Shown here: positions 15,223-16,321 of the stretch, one piece after another | How positions within the stretch are numbered: position 1 is the stretch's first letter | Layout of the letters: the number at the start of each line of letters is the position of its first letter | Origin: Candidatus Thorarchaeota archaeon | GTDB lineage: Archaea; Asgardarchaeota; Thorarchaeia; Thorarchaeales; Thorarchaeaceae | Direction of reading: 5' to 3' | Assembly (NCBI GenBank): GCA_048882325.1 | Contig: JBHLRS010000059.1 | Coordinates: 1 to 16,321, forward strand | DNA: 16,321 nucleotides | Made by a program: the position numbers and the translations under genes | The notes under the pieces: generated by a model | Seen by the model: only the letters and a program-made list of their open reading frames with translations | The model's database searches: none | Told to the model about the DNA's origin: nothing

Positions 15223-16321
15223 GTGAATGTATATGCAGTTCTCGCTCATCCACTACGCGAGAAGATTCTAAAGATACTTGATTCTGAACGTTTGGTGTCC
15301 TATAAGACATTACTAAGTAGATTAGACTTGAAAGAAACGGGACTACTAAATTATCACCTCAAAAAGCTCGAGGGCTATGTAGAGAAGAACCAGGGATTCT
15401 ATCGGCTTACAGCTAAAGGGCACAATGCTGTAAATCTCATGTTAGCAAAAAGCCAGCTTATGACTGGCAAGTCGTCTGACAAACACATCACAGAAAGTAC
15501 TAGCGTGGTCCAAAGAATCGGAGTTATTCTATGTTCATGTGGAGGAGTGATTGATCGTACAATAGATGTTTCAGCGCTGACTGAGAAGTTATCAGAATTG
15601 CCAAATGTTGTTGCTAACAAGGCTTTTCCATTCTTGTGTATGCTAGAGAACCTAGAGAAAATTAAAACCTGGAGTAGTAAGCATTTCCTAAATGGTCTAG
15701 TAGTTGCCGCCTGTTCTCCAAGAATTCACCACGAATTATTTGGTACGATAAGTGAACAACTGGAGATACCGGTTGAGTTCACGAATATCAGAGAGCATTG
15801 TGCTTGGGTACACCGACGTAATCCTGAGCTGGCTACAGAAAAGGCTCTGTTATTGGTCGCTGCCAGTGTAGCAAAGCTACACCATCATACTCCCATTACA
15901 AAGAGAGTGGTACCTATTCGCAAGAGTGTGGCCATTATTGGTGGCGGCTTGGCAGGATTGATTGCAGCCAGTGTATTAGCTAAATCAGCTCTAGACGTTA
16001 TTCTGATTGAGAAAGACTCTTGCCTAGGTGGGATAGCTCGAAAGTGGGAGAGGATACATGAATCAGCGGATTGCAGCCCCTGTATGATTAGTGAGCTTGT
16101 TGCATCAGTCATATTACCAGGAAATGTCCGTATTTTCACAGAGAGTGAACTTACAGCCATCACAGGAGAATCAGGCAACTTTGAGATTACAGCTATCCAA
16201 AACCCCCGTTTTGTGAACTTAACTCGTTGTACAATGTGTGGAGAATGCATATTGGCTTGCCCTGAGTTAAAACCCAACGCTTTCGAGCTTGGTATCGGAC
16301 AACACCGTATAATCGATTTAC
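15223..16321 (+). CDS. Winged-HTH fused to heterodisulfide reductase subunit A-like FAD/Fe-S protein; continues past window end
   Basis: Manual translation from GTG 15223 (GGAGG at 15207): MNVYAVLAHPLREKILKIL...TGLLNYHLKKLEGYV...YRLTAKG, a short linker, then RIGVILCSCG...FLC...VVAACSPRIH...NIREHCAWVH...ATEKA...AIIGGGLAG...IEKDSCLGG...DCSPC...PRFVNLTRCTMCGECILACP. No stop in the window. Confidence 0.88.
   Translation, partial: MNVYAVLAHPLREKILKILDSERLVSYKTLLSRLDLKETGLLNYHLKKLEGYVEKNQGFYRLTAKGHNAVNLMLAKSQLMTGKSSDKHITESTSVVQRIGVILCSCGGVIDRTIDVSALTEKLSELPNVVANKAFPFLCMLENLEKIKTWSSKHFLNGLVVAACSPRIHHELFGTISEQLEIPVEFTNIREHCAWVHRRNPELATEKALLLVAASVAKLHHHTPITKRVVPIRKSVAIIGGGLAGLIAASVLAKSALDVILIEKDSCLGGIARKWERIHESADCSPCMISELVASVILPGNVRIFTESELTAITGESGNFEITAIQNPRFVNLTRCTMCGECILACPELKPNAFELGIGQHRIIDL

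Noticed and set aside
15399-16277. Minus-strand ORFs 15399-15620 and 15885-16277
   Set aside because: Antisense shadows of the HTH-HdrA gene.

Overview
Archaeal-looking accessory region. An Asgard/Thorarchaeia-like origin is my inference from gene content (HTH_10 regulator, DGC protein, HdrA, a GGAGGTGA ribosome-binding site), not something the sequence proves. The left end holds a minus-strand, translationally coupled operon: wHTH-GyrI regulator, nucleotidyltransferase, and a divergent uvrA that runs off the window edge and is missing from the ORF track. The right end holds a DinB/ClbS-like gene and a winged-HTH fused to an HdrA-like flavoprotein (also off the edge and missing from the track). 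The main discovery lies between about 3170 and 14500. Twelve co-oriented copies of a degenerate ~45-100 bp intergenic repeat (core approx. GTGAACAGGGAACTTTCCC-N5-7-CTCAC(C)TGTTGAGCACCCTTTCATTTT) divide the DNA into 11 modules of 1-3 unrelated genes in either orientation. This resembles a gene-cassette array, but the sites are not canonical attC and no recombinase is present in the window.
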